DNA of 64,000 bases from Thermodesulfobacteriota bacterium (GTDB lineage: Bacteria > Desulfobacterota_D > UBA1144 > Nemesobacterales > Nemesobacteraceae), in NCBI GenBank assembly GCA_965200595.1, contig CBDAUE010000002.1, positions 412,359-476,358 of the forward strand, given 5' to 3'. Below the pieces are notes generated by a model that saw nothing but the letters and a program-made list of their open reading frames with translations, was not told the DNA's origin and searched no databases. The translations under genes were made by a program, and so were the position numbers. This document shows positions 39,412 to 51,060 of the stretch, in pieces; position 1 is the first letter of the stretch, and every line of letters begins with the position of its first letter.

Positions 39412-40197
39412 ATGCACAGATACCGCGAGCTGATGACTATACTGGTTGTTTTACTCATAGCATGCTCGGACCAGAGCGTCGGGCCGGGCAGGACGGCCGA
39501 ATGTGAAAATTCGCCTGAGGCCTGCACATTCCGGGAAATAATATCCGACATACTGGACAGTCAGCCGGCCACTCCCGCTGAAACCGCGCCGTTTGCCATT
39601 GATTTCATAAAGAAAAGATACGGCACTGAAAAAATAGACTGTTCTCATCCGCTTTTAAGCGACAACTCAGAATTTAGCAGGATTGCGGGACTCACTCCGG
39701 GTCCTGACGCGGCATTATGGTTTTCCCGCGAAGAACTCGAAAAATATGACGGCCTTAAAACCTCGTGGGAGTGCAGCAACGGCGAGAGCTTTACCGAATA
39801 TGAAAAGGGAAGCGACAGATCAACGTCGGAGTTTCTGATTATAGACCAGGGCGGCGTATACGGAATAATCAAGGGCACGGTAACGGACCCGCAAATCCTC
39901 GGACAGATTGAAGCCTTGTGGGAGAACTGCAAAGTCGGAACCGAACCTCCCGATTTCACAGGCGTATACAGCACAAGCGAAGGGTTCCTGCCCAGAGAAG
40001 ACACAAGCTTCTGCGTAACGCTAGACATTCTGCCCGGAGCAAAGCAGTGCTTTGCCCGGACCGCTCCGCCCGAATCTGTCGAACATTCAATCGTCAAAGA
40101 CAATATCAGCCGAGAAACGGTGCCGGTCTCTGAAGACGACTACTGCTACCCCGAGGGAGATCCGGACGCACCGGCAGGAAGAATAAAAATATTCTGA
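39412..40197 (+). CDS. hypothetical lipoprotein
   Basis: ATG at 39412 with GGAG upstream. Lipobox LLIAC after a hydrophobic stretch. No recognisable domain. Confidence 0.55.
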   Translation: MHRYRELMTILVVLLIACSDQSVGPGRTAECENSPEACTFREIISDILDSQPATPAETAPFAIDFIKKRYGTEKIDCSHPLLSDNSEFSRIAGLTPGPDAALWFSREELEKYDGLKTSWECSNGESFTEYEKGSDRSTSEFLIIDQGGVYGIIKGTVTDPQILGQIEALWENCKVGTEPPDFTGVYSTSEGFLPREDTSFCVTLDILPGAKQCFARTAPPESVEHSIVKDNISRETVPVSEDDYCYPEGDPDAPAGRIKIF

Positions 40198-40282
40198 TGC
40201 CCGTGCGACCGCTTAAAAACTGCAAACCTGATTGCGAACCGGAAAGAAGTCCGGCTCTGCTGAAAAAACCCGTGTAACCGAC

Positions 40283-40831
40283 ATGCGCGTACTTACAGGA
40301 AAATGCAAGGGGAGAAGACTGAAAGTTCCCGGGGAAAAATCGCTCAGGCCCACCGCGGCCAGAATAAAAAAATCCATGTTCGACATACTGGGCCCCGAAA
40401 TACCGGGAACTAAAGTGCTTGACCTGTTTTCAGGCTCGGGAAATCTTGGAATTGAATCTTTAAGTCTGGACGCCGGATTCTGCGTGTTCGTTGAGAAAAA
40501 TCCCGCCGCGGCACGGATAATTGCGCAGAATCTTCGTTCGTGCGGATATTCGGAACAGTCGAGAATACTCAATTTTGATTTCAGAAAAGCATTAAGTATG
40601 TTAAGTGCGGAAAATTGCAGGTTCGATCTTGTTTTCATTGACCCCCCGTATGAATTTTACGAAAAGACGGGACCGCATGAACTTGCCCGCAGGATACGAA
40701 GCGTCGTCGGGGAAAAAGGAGTGATGGTTATTGAACATCCGTCCGGAAATTTTATTGATTCTGAAGGATTTGACGTGAGAACCAGAAAATACGGGGGCAC
40801 CTCCGTGAGTTTTCTGAGGAGGCTTGATTGA
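40283..40831 (+). CDS. rsmD: 16S rRNA (guanine966-N2)-methyltransferase
   Basis: MRVLTGKCKGRRL start, DLFSGSGNLGIE, and DPPY. Confidence 0.85.
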   Translation: MRVLTGKCKGRRLKVPGEKSLRPTAARIKKSMFDILGPEIPGTKVLDLFSGSGNLGIESLSLDAGFCVFVEKNPAAARIIAQNLRSCGYSEQSRILNFDFRKALSMLSAENCRFDLVFIDPPYEFYEKTGPHELARRIRSVVGEKGVMVIEHPSGNFIDSEGFDVRTRKYGGTSVSFLRRLD

Positions 40832-41319
40832 ACGGCAAAACCGTAATCTATCCAGGTTCTTTTGACCCTTTCACAAACGGGCATCTGAACATAATCACCC
40901 GGGCCGCGGGAATATTTGAGAAAATCATAATCTCGGTCGGACACAACACTTCAAAGAAGACGACCCTCTCCACAGAAGAAAGGGTGTCTCTTATTGCCGA
41001 GGTGACCAGGGACTTCCCCAACATAGAGGTTGAAAGTTTCAAAGGACTGCTTGCCGACTACGTAAGAGAAAAGGAAACCAACACCATACTGCGCGGAATG
41101 AGGTGCCACTCGGACTTTGAATACGAACTCCAGATGGCCACAGCGAACAAGCTTATGAACGGGGAAGTGGAAACGCTGTTTATGGTGACCGAAAGCCAGT
41201 TCTCCCACATAAGCTCCTCTCTGATAAAGGAAATAATTTCCCTGGGAGGTTCCGCGAAAGGTTTCGTTCCGGCGGCGGTTGAGGAAAAACTGATCGAAAA
41301 ACTCTGCCCGACCAAATAA
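40828..41319 (+). CDS. coaD: phosphopantetheine adenylyltransferase
   Basis: YPGSFDPFTNGH motif. TTG start overlapping the rsmD stop. Confidence 0.9.
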   Translation: MNGKTVIYPGSFDPFTNGHLNIITRAAGIFEKIIISVGHNTSKKTTLSTEERVSLIAEVTRDFPNIEVESFKGLLADYVREKETNTILRGMRCHSDFEYELQMATANKLMNGEVETLFMVTESQFSHISSSLIKEIISLGGSAKGFVPAAVEEKLIEKLCPTK

Positions 41320-41338
41320 AACGGAGGAAATAACAAAA

Positions 41339-42532
41339 ATGAGACTTTCACAACGGGTAAACAACCTCAAGCCTTCTGCAACTCTGACCATAACGGCAAA
41401 GGCCAAGTCGCTTCGCTCACAGGGAATCGACATCATAGGATTCGGAGCGGGAGAACCTGACTTCGACACTCCGGAGAACGTGAAAAAAGAGGGCATAGCC
41501 GCAATTAAAAACGGTTTTACGAAGTACACTGCCGTGGGCGGAATCGACGAGCTGAAAGACGCAATAGCGGCATCTTTGAAAAAAGAGCACGGCCTTGAGT
41601 ACTCAAGGAATGAAATACTTGTTTCCTGCGGAGCAAAACACTCGATATACAACATCACCCAAACGCTTTTTGAACCTGGAGACGAGGTTATAATTCCTGC
41701 CCCTTACTGGGTTTCCTATCCCGATCAGGTGGCGCTTACAGGCGCGACGCCGGTGATTATAGACACAGACGAGCGCGGACTTTTCAAAATCACACCGCAG
41801 CAGCTTCAGGCAAAGATAAACGAACGGACCCGGGCCCTTATTCTCAACTATCCTTCCAACCCGACAGGGACCACATACTCCCGAGGGGAACTTGAGGAAA
41901 TAGTGACAGTCGCTCTTGACGCCGGTCTGATCATAATCTCAGATGAAATATACGAAAAAATAACCTACGGGGACACAGAGCACGTATCGGTCTGCTCGCT
42001 TGGCGACAGGGCTAAGGAATCAACCATCCTCGTAAACGGAGTATCCAAATCCTACTCGATGACCGGATGGCGGATAGGATACGCCGCGGGAGACAAAAAC
42101 GTAATAAGCGCTATGGCGAAACTGCAGGGACAGTCGACCTCAAACCCCTCTTCAATCTCGCAGATGGCCGCCCTTGAGGCGCTCAGAGGATCACAGGAAC
42201 TTCTTGGCAAAAGGGCAAAAGAATTTGAGAGAAGAAAAAACTTTATAGTGAAAAGGCTAAACGAAATCCCGGGATTTACCTGCTTTAACCCCATGGGAGC
42301 GTTCTACGTATTCCCGAGCATAAGCGGTTTCGTGGGCAAAGCATACGGAGACAGAAGAATCGAGGGATCCGTTTCGTTTACCGAATTTCTGCTCGAAGAA
42401 GCTAAAGTGGCCGTCGTTCCCGGCATAGCATTCGGAAAGGAAAACCACCTGAGAATATCCTACGCGACATCCATGGAGAACATAGAAGAGGGTTTAAACA
42501 GAATTGAACAGACGGTGAAAACCCTGCTCTGA
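41339..42532 (+). CDS. aspartate/aromatic-type class I aminotransferase
   Basis: GEPDFDTP, NPTG and SKSYSMTGWRIGY motifs. Confidence 0.9.
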   Translation: MRLSQRVNNLKPSATLTITAKAKSLRSQGIDIIGFGAGEPDFDTPENVKKEGIAAIKNGFTKYTAVGGIDELKDAIAASLKKEHGLEYSRNEILVSCGAKHSIYNITQTLFEPGDEVIIPAPYWVSYPDQVALTGATPVIIDTDERGLFKITPQQLQAKINERTRALILNYPSNPTGTTYSRGELEEIVTVALDAGLIIISDEIYEKITYGDTEHVSVCSLGDRAKESTILVNGVSKSYSMTGWRIGYAAGDKNVISAMAKLQGQSTSNPSSISQMAALEALRGSQELLGKRAKEFERRKNFIVKRLNEIPGFTCFNPMGAFYVFPSISGFVGKAYGDRRIEGSVSFTEFLLEEAKVAVVPGIAFGKENHLRISYATSMENIEEGLNRIEQTVKTLL

Positions 42533-42538
42533 TTCGAA

Positions 42539-43657
42539 ATGGATTCCTTTAAAATCGGTCTTTCCGCAACGCTCTCAGGACGCCACGCGATCCAGGGCAG
42601 GGAAAGCCTGAGGGGAATAAAACTTTTTGCTGATGAACTGCGCGCCGGAGGCGGAATAGGGATCGGGGGAGCAAAACCCTTGGTTCCGGAACTTGTCTTC
42701 TACGACGACAAAAGCATCCCCGAAAAAACAAGGGAGAACACCCTCCGTCTTATAGAAAAAGACAGAGTAGACATACTGCTGGGACCGTATTCAAGCAGCC
42801 TCACGCTTGCGTGCGTCGAAACAGCAGAGAAGGCCCGAAGAGTGGTGTGGAACTATGGCGGGTCGCTTGACGATATTCCTTCCCGCGCGCGGGGCAGAAC
42901 GGTAAGCACGATAACCGGAGCGTCTTCTTATTTCCGAGCCGTTGTGGATATGATCCGCGACCGCTATGACGAGACCGCGCAGCTCTGTGTTTTGCATCTT
43001 ACGGGAAGCCGCTTTGCGGAGATAGTGTGCAAGGGAGCACTCATTCGGGCAGAGGAGCAGGAAATGCCGGCTTGTGTCTATGATTTTCCCTCCGGCACAG
43101 AAGACTTCTCCACAATATTTTCCCGCGTAAAAGCACATGATATCTGCTGCGTTCTCTGCTGCGGGGGGATGGAAGACGACATAAACCTCGCCAGGTGGAT
43201 ACGAAACAGCTCGGACTTTGACTTTGAGGTGGTGGCGACGCTTGCGGCGGCGGTAAACGAGTTTAAAAACCGTCTCGGCCGGGGAGCCGATGGCTTTGTC
43301 TCAACAAGCCAGTGGGAACCGACGCTTTGTCTGTCTGCGGATTTCGGCCCGAGCCCACAGGAGTTCTCAGACAAGTTCGTCCGCACATACGGATACACGC
43401 CCGACTACACCGCCGCACAGTCTTACAACATGGGACTTATAATCAGAGAGCTCATCGAGAGAACAGGTGAAACGGACGAACAGGCGCTTCTGCACGAAGC
43501 CTTGCGATCTGAATTCACGACCTTTTACGGAGATTTCCGTGTTGATCCCCAGACCCTGCAGCAGACAGGACACCGCATGCTGGTAACCCAGTGGCAGAAC
43601 GGGGAGAAAAAAATAATTTTTCCGAAGGAATACTCAGACTTCCGGCTTGTAGTCTGA
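42539..43657 (+). CDS. type-I periplasmic-binding-protein fold (LivJ/AmiC-like) protein without signal peptide
   Basis: IGLSATLSGRHAIQGRESLRGIKLFADEL is a typical Leu/Ile/Val-binding-family N-terminus. The start lies 6 nt after the upstream stop, leaving no room for a leader. Confidence 0.65.
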   Translation: MDSFKIGLSATLSGRHAIQGRESLRGIKLFADELRAGGGIGIGGAKPLVPELVFYDDKSIPEKTRENTLRLIEKDRVDILLGPYSSSLTLACVETAEKARRVVWNYGGSLDDIPSRARGRTVSTITGASSYFRAVVDMIRDRYDETAQLCVLHLTGSRFAEIVCKGALIRAEEQEMPACVYDFPSGTEDFSTIFSRVKAHDICCVLCCGGMEDDINLARWIRNSSDFDFEVVATLAAAVNEFKNRLGRGADGFVSTSQWEPTLCLSADFGPSPQEFSDKFVRTYGYTPDYTAAQSYNMGLIIRELIERTGETDEQALLHEALRSEFTTFYGDFRVDPQTLQQTGHRMLVTQWQNGEKKIIFPKEYSDFRLVV

Positions 43658-43663
43658 GAGGCT

Positions 43664-43737
<74 letters not shown>

Positions 43738-43796
43738 GCAAAAAACAGAAGTACAAATCTAGTTTCAAAGCAAGAGCATGTCAAACTCCGGAAAAA

Positions 43797-43873
<77 letters not shown>

Positions 43874-43891
43874 ACAAAAACAGGAGTAAGT

Positions 43892-43919
43892 AGTCTATTT
43901 CAGTAAACATGACTGTCAA
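43892..43919 (-). promoter_or_regulatory. possible sigma70 promoter for the tRNA-Ala pair
   Basis: On the minus strand: TTGACA (43919-43914), 16-nt spacer, TAGACT (43897-43892). Confidence 0.4.
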
Positions 43920-44006
43920 ACACTCCGCCCGGGGGCGGAAACCCCATCTTTATTGTAAGAATTATGTATAATTCCATTTTCATGCGCTAAAAAAGGAGAT
44001 TTCCGG

Positions 44007-45314
44007 ATGAATTCCGTAGACATAGGTCTTATAGGCGCCGGAACCGTAGGTTGCGGGGTTTATAAAACAATAACAGAAAACAAGGACATAATAGAAAAAA
44101 GGACCGGGATAAGGCTCAGAATTAAAAAAGTAGCCGACATCGATATAAAGAGAAAACGCCCGGTAAAAATTCCCAGAAAACTTTTCACCACCGACGCGTA
44201 CGATCTCATAAACGATGAGAGCATCTCGATAATAATCGAGCTTGTCGGAGGAATCACAGTGGCGCGCGAGCTGATTCTGGCCTCGATACGCAACGGGAAG
44301 AACGTCGTAATGGCCAACAAGGCTCTTCTGGCCCTCCACGGGAGTGAAATATTCAGGGAAGCGGCCGCAAACGGGGTTCACGCGGCGTTTGAAGCAAGCG
44401 TCGGAGGGGGAATACCCATAATCAAGGCAACGCACGAAAGCTATGTGGCAAACAACATTCTCTCCATACACGGGATAATGAACGGAACATGCAACTACAT
44501 ACTGCACAACATGTCGGAACAGAAAAAAGGGTTTGACGAGATGCTGCGGTGCGCCCAGGATGAAGGATACGCAGAAGCCGACCCTTCGTTTGACATAGAC
44601 GGTATTGACGCCGCGCACAAGCTGTCGATTCTTATAATGCTTGCCTACGGATTCTTTCCAAAGTTCGATGACATATACGTTGAGGGAATAAGAAACATCT
44701 CCTCAGACGATATAAGCTTTGCCGGGCAGCTCGGTTACAAAATCAAGCTGCTTGCCATCGCCAAGTCGACCGAGGCAGGCATACAGGCTGGAGTTTATCC
44801 GGCGCTGATAAGAAAAAACACTCAGCTTGCCGACGTAAAAGGCGCATTTAATGCAATCCATATAGTGGGAGACAAGCTAGGTCCGACAATGCTGTACGGA
44901 ATGGGAGCCGGCATGCTCCCGACTGCAAGCGCCGTTGCGGGCGATGTGGTTTCAATCGCAAAAACCGTCCGGAACGGTTCACAGCCCGCTCCTCCCATGC
45001 TCTATGCGGAAGATGCCGCACGCCGCGGCGGGTCTTTGGCGGGTACCGAAGGTCTTACGGGGCGCTACTACCTCAGATTCCAGGTTGAGGACAAACCGGG
45101 CACGCTCGGGAAAATAACCACGATTCTCGGCAAGTGCGGAATAAGCATAGAGTCCATAATTCAGCAGACAAGAGAAACAGACGGCGGAGAGGTTCCGATC
45201 ATAATAATGACCCACGAGTCGGGCGAGAAAAACCTAAGGAAAGCTCTTGGCAGGATAAGGAAATCCATGATATCCGTAGCCGACGCGATTTTCATAAGAA
45301 TTGAAGAAATATGA
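44007..45314 (+). CDS. hom: homoserine dehydrogenase
   Basis: N-terminal GAGTVG Rossmann motif, catalytic domain, and C-terminal ACT domain (YYLRFQVEDKPGTLGKITTILG). Confidence 0.9.
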   Translation: MNSVDIGLIGAGTVGCGVYKTITENKDIIEKRTGIRLRIKKVADIDIKRKRPVKIPRKLFTTDAYDLINDESISIIIELVGGITVARELILASIRNGKNVVMANKALLALHGSEIFREAAANGVHAAFEASVGGGIPIIKATHESYVANNILSIHGIMNGTCNYILHNMSEQKKGFDEMLRCAQDEGYAEADPSFDIDGIDAAHKLSILIMLAYGFFPKFDDIYVEGIRNISSDDISFAGQLGYKIKLLAIAKSTEAGIQAGVYPALIRKNTQLADVKGAFNAIHIVGDKLGPTMLYGMGAGMLPTASAVAGDVVSIAKTVRNGSQPAPPMLYAEDAARRGGSLAGTEGLTGRYYLRFQVEDKPGTLGKITTILGKCGISIESIIQQTRETDGGEVPIIIMTHESGEKNLRKALGRIRKSMISVADAIFIRIEEI

Positions 45315-46405
45315 GAGAACCGGCAGCGGCGAGAAAAATACCTGCGGACACACAACCGCAGGAACATATGACGTTTTACAAGGATCTTCTGGATTCCCTT
45401 CCAGAGGGGGTGATAGTGGCTGACGAGGATCTTAATATAATTTCCGTTAACGAGCCGTCTGAGATCATACTCAATACATCAAGACGAAACACCATCGGAA
45501 GCCATATCTCAGAGTTTCTGCCGGAAGAAATAACCAGCCTCTGCTCAAGGGCTGTAAAGGAAGAAAGAGTTGTGCAGGAAAACGATCTGCTTTTCCGCAT
45601 ATCGCAAGACTCTTCAATCAACGTAGAATGCACCGCATCTCCGATACACGGAAACAGCGGCAGGATGAACGGAGTCGTAATCCAGATAAGAAACACTGAA
45701 AAAATGAACATGATGTCCATTATCAGCAGAAACTGCAGACTTGAAGAAAATTACGAAACCCTCGTGAGGGGACTTGCGCACGAAATAAGAAATCCCTTAA
45801 GCGGCATAAAAGGAGCCGCACAGCTTCTAAACGGGTCATTGTCAAAAACAGAGAAAAACCGGTGCTCAAAAATAATAATAAAAGAAACGGAAAGACTGAA
45901 AGACTTGGTTGACAGACTTGTTAAACCGTCGTCGGTATCAGCGCAGCATCTGATATCTGTAGATATAAACGAGATTCTGATCGACATAATATTTCTCGAA
46001 TCAAACCTCAATAAAAACATAGAATTCAGGCACAAGCTAGACATTACCATTCCTCCCGTACCGGGCGACTACAACTCCCTAAAACAGGTGTTCATAAATA
46101 TCATCCAGAACGCGGTAAGTTCGATACAGGGCAAAGGACGAATAACGGTCAGCACAAAATGGATCACAGAGTACAAGATACGCAACAAACACACGGTATT
46201 GATATCAGTAAAAGACGATGGAACAGGTATAAAGAAAAAAGATCTGAAAAAAATATTCACCCCGTTTTTTTCCGGCAAAAAGAAAGGAACAGGGCTTGGT
46301 CTTTTCATATCGAGCCAGGTAATAGCCAAGTACGGAGGAATAATCACCGTGGAGAGCGCAGAAGGAGCGGGCTCTGAATTCAAAATACAGCTCCCGGCAG
46401 GCTAG
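45311..46405 (+). CDS. soluble PAS sensor histidine kinase (NtrB-like)
   Basis: PAS region, H-box LAHEIRNPLSGI, G-box GTGLGL. An ATGA overlap with the hom stop is possible; an alternative start is at 45368. Confidence 0.8.
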   Translation: MREPAAARKIPADTQPQEHMTFYKDLLDSLPEGVIVADEDLNIISVNEPSEIILNTSRRNTIGSHISEFLPEEITSLCSRAVKEERVVQENDLLFRISQDSSINVECTASPIHGNSGRMNGVVIQIRNTEKMNMMSIISRNCRLEENYETLVRGLAHEIRNPLSGIKGAAQLLNGSLSKTEKNRCSKIIIKETERLKDLVDRLVKPSSVSAQHLISVDINEILIDIIFLESNLNKNIEFRHKLDITIPPVPGDYNSLKQVFINIIQNAVSSIQGKGRITVSTKWITEYKIRNKHTVLISVKDDGTGIKKKDLKKIFTPFFSGKKKGTGLGLFISSQVIAKYGGIITVESAEGAGSEFKIQLPAG

Positions 46406-46473
46406 AAAGTTCTCGGCTTGCAGGGAACGGTTAACACAACCGTGATTTACTCGCCCCCCGGAGAAACCAGATC

Positions 46474-47895
46474 ATGAAAAACCGTATTTTAATAGCCGAC
46501 GATGAAGAAGACATAAGGTGGATACTGCAAACATCCCTTAAAAAATCCGGCTTTGAAACCGAGTGCGCCGAGAACGGAGAGGACGCCGTCAGAAAAGCAT
46601 CCGAGGAAACATACTCCCTGATTCTTCTTGACATAAACATGCCGGACATGAACGGGTTTGAGGTTCTCACCCGGCTCAGAAACAAAAAAATCGACTCTCC
46701 CATAATATTTATTACCGCACAGAACACCGTGAGCAACGCCATAGACTCAATGCAGCTAGGTGCCTACGACTATCTGACCAAGCCATTTGATCTTGAAGAG
46801 GTAAAACTCTTTGCCGAGCGGGCAATAAAAAACTACGAGACCGGAAGAAGAATAAGGCTCTCTGAAGAGCTTGAAGAGAATATTTCCTTAGAAGAAATAG
46901 TCGGCAGCTCACCAGAAATGCTGAACATATACAAGCTTATCGGCCGCACAGCCTCCAAGGACATAACCGTGCTGATAACCGGAGAGAGCGGCACCGGAAA
47001 AGAAGTTATAGCAAAGGCCATCCATCACAACAGCCGAAGACAAAATAAAAGACTGGTATCTGTGAACATATCCGCCATTCCCAAGGAGCTTATCGAGAGT
47101 GAACTGTTCGGATACGAAAAAGGAGCGTTCACCGGCGCTGCCGCTTTAAAGAAAGGAAGATTTGAAGAAGCCGACGGCGGAACCCTGCACATAGACGAAA
47201 TAGGGGAACTTTCAACTGACCTGCAGTCAAAACTCCTAAGGGCCATAGAGGAAAAACAGATATACAGACTGGGCAGTGAAAAACCAATCCTGGTTGACCC
47301 CAGAATAATCGCAAGCACGAATAAGAATCTAAGAGATGCCGTAACTCAGGGAACATTCAGGGAGGACCTGTTTTACAGACTGAATGTCATAAGAATAAAC
47401 CTGCCCCCTCTCAGGAAAAGAAAAGAGGATATAAAAGAACTGATTCGACACTTTGTGAACAAGTACTCAGCCGAATTCGGCATTGAAAAAAAGATGCTCT
47501 CCCCCGAAGCGGAGCAGTTGATGACAAGCCATAGCTGGCCCGGAAACGTAAGAGAGCTTGAAAACACCATAAAGCGTCTTGTGGTTCTAACTCCCGACAG
47601 CGTAATAAGCGGCGAGGAGACAAAACAGACCATCGACTCGCAGAGCGGCTACGTAGAGATGGAAACAACAGAGAGAAAAACCGAAGAACTTATTTCCATG
47701 ATGGTGGAGAATTCAGACTTGTCTTTGAACAACATCCACCAAGAGGTAGTCGGAAAAGTTGAAAAACAGCTGATAAAAACTATTCTCGCAAAAACTGACG
47801 GAAACATGAAACAGGCAGCAGTCATTTTGGGAATAAACAGAAACACCCTTTCAAAGAGAATAAACGACTTGGGAATAGAAAAGGGAAATAAGTAG
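46474..47895 (+). CDS. sigma54-dependent response regulator (NtrC family)
   Basis: REC domain (DINMPDMNG), AAA+ domain ([14 protein letters not shown]), C-terminal Fis-type HTH. Confidence 0.9.
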   Translation: MKNRILIADDEEDIRWILQTSLKKSGFETECAENGEDAVRKASEETYSLILLDINMPDMNGFEVLTRLRNKKIDSPIIFITAQNTVSNAIDSMQLGAYDYLTKPFDLEEVKLFAERAIKNYETGRRIRLSEELEENISLEEIVGSSPEMLNIYKLIGRTASKDITVLITGESGTGKEVIAKAIHHNSRRQNKRLVSVNISAIPKELIESELFGYEKGAFTGAAALKKGRFEEADGGTLHIDEIGELSTDLQSKLLRAIEEKQIYRLGSEKPILVDPRIIASTNKNLRDAVTQGTFREDLFYRLNVIRINLPPLRKRKEDIKELIRHFVNKYSAEFGIEKKMLSPEAEQLMTSHSWPGNVRELENTIKRLVVLTPDSVISGEETKQTIDSQSGYVEMETTERKTEELISMMVENSDLSLNNIHQEVVGKVEKQLIKTILAKTDGNMKQAAVILGINRNTLSKRINDLGIEKGNK

Positions 47896-48060
47896 TCAGG
47901 GGCTTAACCCCAAGGCGGCAATCTAAACAAGGAAAGCAATCTGTGTGGAGAGGTATTAAGCATTCGGCACTACAGGCAATGCTTCCCGGATTGTTCGTGT
48001 GAACCTCGATAGCGAAGAACTGGTCGCCAAGATTTAATGGTCGACAAGAATAACGCTCTC

Positions 48061-51060
48061 CTACTTGCTATCTTGATACAGCCATCCCGGCATCGGACGC
48101 TCTAACTTCCATATTATTTTCATCGGTCTTTCCGACTCGTGTTTCTGGTAGTAAGCCTTGCCGAGACAGTGGTATGGGATGGTTTCGCCTCGAAAATCCT
48201 TTTTTCGCTTGCGGACAAACAGAACAACATTCGTCCCAGAGTCAGGTTGTGAAATATATCGGTTTCCCGTGGAGGAGGATGCCGCAGTGGTGTGTTGTGA
48301 CTCCCAGTGAAAAAGGGTTGGAGAAATAGGGTAGTCTGCGTAACGAGTCTTGGGAGAAAATTCCTTGTCAGGTTTTTCCAGTGTGATGAACAACAAGTCT
48401 GACTTGGTGTTCTCATCCCAATAAACCCCTTCTCGGGGAAGATGAATGGCACACCCTTACTGTTTGTTATTTTATACGCTGCCATGATCTCTCCCAAACT
48501 GTAAGTGGCATGGCTTGCTAGTGGAACATTTCCGTGTGGGTCAATTGGTTCCGGGACAGAGCGAAAGCGATCAGAGAGGATTTCTAGGAGATCAATGAGT
48601 TCTTTATGTAGTTCGGCAAATCTGCAAACCTTATTAACCAATTCATCAGTCTTATCTAATTTAAAGTCACGACCGCCAAGAAGAGCAACAAGCATCAGAA
48701 ACGAACGATGCTCTCGACAATCTTCATTCAGGAACTGCAAGGGATCTTTGGCACACAGAATCTCTTTCCAAAGATAAAGTCTTTCCATATCATCTACATG
48801 AATCATGCGTCCCAACTTGCCCAAAAGCTTTTTACCGTGAGTGGGAAATTCTTCAGGGCGGAGATATCCGGCACTTTGCCGAAGTTGAGTGTATGAATGA
48901 CCGCTTGCTGGTTTACGGTAGATATCTATCAGGTCATAATTCGTCTTTTCCATAAAGTTTCGTAGTCGGGTATCGCGACCGAGTTGGAGCAAATCGTTTA
49001 CCATATGATCACGTCGGCTCGTAATTGACTGCCTTATGTTCTTAAGGACTGTTTCTTTTGCTTCGAGATCCATTTTGACTGCACAACCCGGCGGCAACAT
49101 GGGGAAATTTTCTTCAACTGCTTTTTTAACCTGATGGTGGGTTCCTCCGAGAAGTGCCCGATAGCGCACTTCGTAGCGATACTCTTTTCTCACTTGACCC
49201 ACAAAATCCAATACAGTCAGAACACTCTTCCCTTCTGCCCACCGCAATCCTCTACCGAGCTGCTGGAGGAAGACCGTAGCACTTTCTGTGGGACGCAGAA
49301 GCAATATGGTGTCCACCTCAGGCAGATCTATCCCTTCATTGAACAAATCTACAGTAAATATGATGCGAATATCTCCCCGGCGCAGTTTATCCACCGCCCT
49401 ACTACGCTCATCCCTCGGTGTAGAGGCATCAAGCGCCACAGATGCGTAACCATGCTTGTTGAACACTCTTGCCATATAGTGAGCGTGCTTTACTCCTGCA
49501 CAGAATCCAAGTGTCCGCATCTTGTTCGGATTTGTCACAATTTCTTCTATAGCTCGGCGAATTGCTATTGCCCGTGCATCGTTTCCCGTAAGCAAATTGT
49601 CGAGATCTCCGAGCAAATACTTTCCTCGCTCGAAACGCACAGTGGAGAGATCGACCGGGTCATGCACACCGAAATAGTGAAAGGGACATAACAGACCCTG
49701 ATCAAGCGCATCCCACAGTCGAGATTCATAGGCGATACGTCCATTGAACCACGGGAGAATAGACTGGCCGTCGGGACGTTCCGGAGTAGCGGTAAGACCA
49801 AGTAGAATTTTTGGTTTCAAGTGTTGCAGCAGTTTGTCGTAACTCTTTGCAGCAGCATGATGAAATTCGTCAACGATGACTACATCAAACTTGGTAGATC
49901 CGATGTCTTTGATGCGCTTGGCCAGAGATTGGATTGATGCAAATACATGATTACCTAATTTCGGTCGCATGCCGTCGACCAGCAACTCTCCAAAATCACG
50001 GTCGTGCAGTACCTGAGCAAAAACCTGTTTGCTTTGTGTGAGTATTTCTTTTCTGTGTGCAACAAAGAGAAGTGAATTGCCAATTTTTTGTTTTCTAATC
50101 CGTTTGTAATCAAATGCCGCAATCCAGGTTTTCCCAGTACCGGTGGCAGAGACAACAAGGTTTTTGTTTTGTCCCCGTTCGCGCTCAGATTCCAGTGCTT
50201 CCAACGCCACCTCCTGATGAGGTTTTGGCGCCACATCAATAAGAAGGAATGGCTGGTCAGCGTCATTTTGACCGCTTTGCCGGGCAAGCGCAGTATCCAG
50301 TCGATGGATATTGTCTTGTGAAGCGTTGTAGTCTTCAAATTCTGGTTCTTCCCAGTATTGTTCAAAAGTAGCCTGGAAGCGTTCGATGACTTCAGGATTT
50401 TCAACGGCACTTATCCGTACATTCCACTCCAGCCCATCCACGTGGGCCATATGCGTTAGATTCGACGAACCTATATAAGCAGTGTGAAAGCCACTGTTTC
50501 GATAAAACAACCAGGCTTTCGCATGAAGCCTGGTACGTGCTACATCATAAGAAATCTTTACTTGAGCACCAAGTTCCACAAGCTTGTCCAATGCTCTACG
50601 TTCAGTAGAGCCAGTGTATACACTGGCTATGACGCGAACTTTCACTCCTCTATCAATCTGCTCAGCAAGTTCTTTTTCAAAAAGACGTAACCCAGAATGA
50701 CGCACAAATGCACAGAGCAAATCGATCCGGTCGGCACTTGGGATTTCTTTGGTGATTTCGCTCGCGATTTGTACATCTCGTTTGCCATTGACAAGTAAAC
50801 CAGTCTGACGCAGGGATTGGGTTGGTCGTGGGAAATTAGCTTCACCTAGTCCAGTTCGCCGCAATACCTCAGTCAGCATCTTGGCCGGGTCAACAACTTG
50901 GCTTCCCTCCGGTATTGATATCCCTTTTCTTCGCATTAACTCCAACAAGTCATTTATTAAATCATTTACGAGAGCGATCTGTTCTGCTTGTTTATTCTGT
51001 ATCTGCTTAAGCGCAAAATGAAGTATTGTAGAGAAATGATGTGTCAGTAAATCCACAATA
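48061..51060 (-). pseudogene. HKD(PLD) nuclease - SF2 helicase - DUF3427 fusion protein; 5'-truncated by IS3 copy 3 and frameshifted at 48435-48438
   Basis: HKD motif RLHAKAWLF...GSSNLT. Helicase motifs SATGTGKTW, VDEFHH, LTATPER, QQLGRGLR. The DUF3427-like tail is in a second frame (ORF 48061-48396). Confidence 0.8.
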
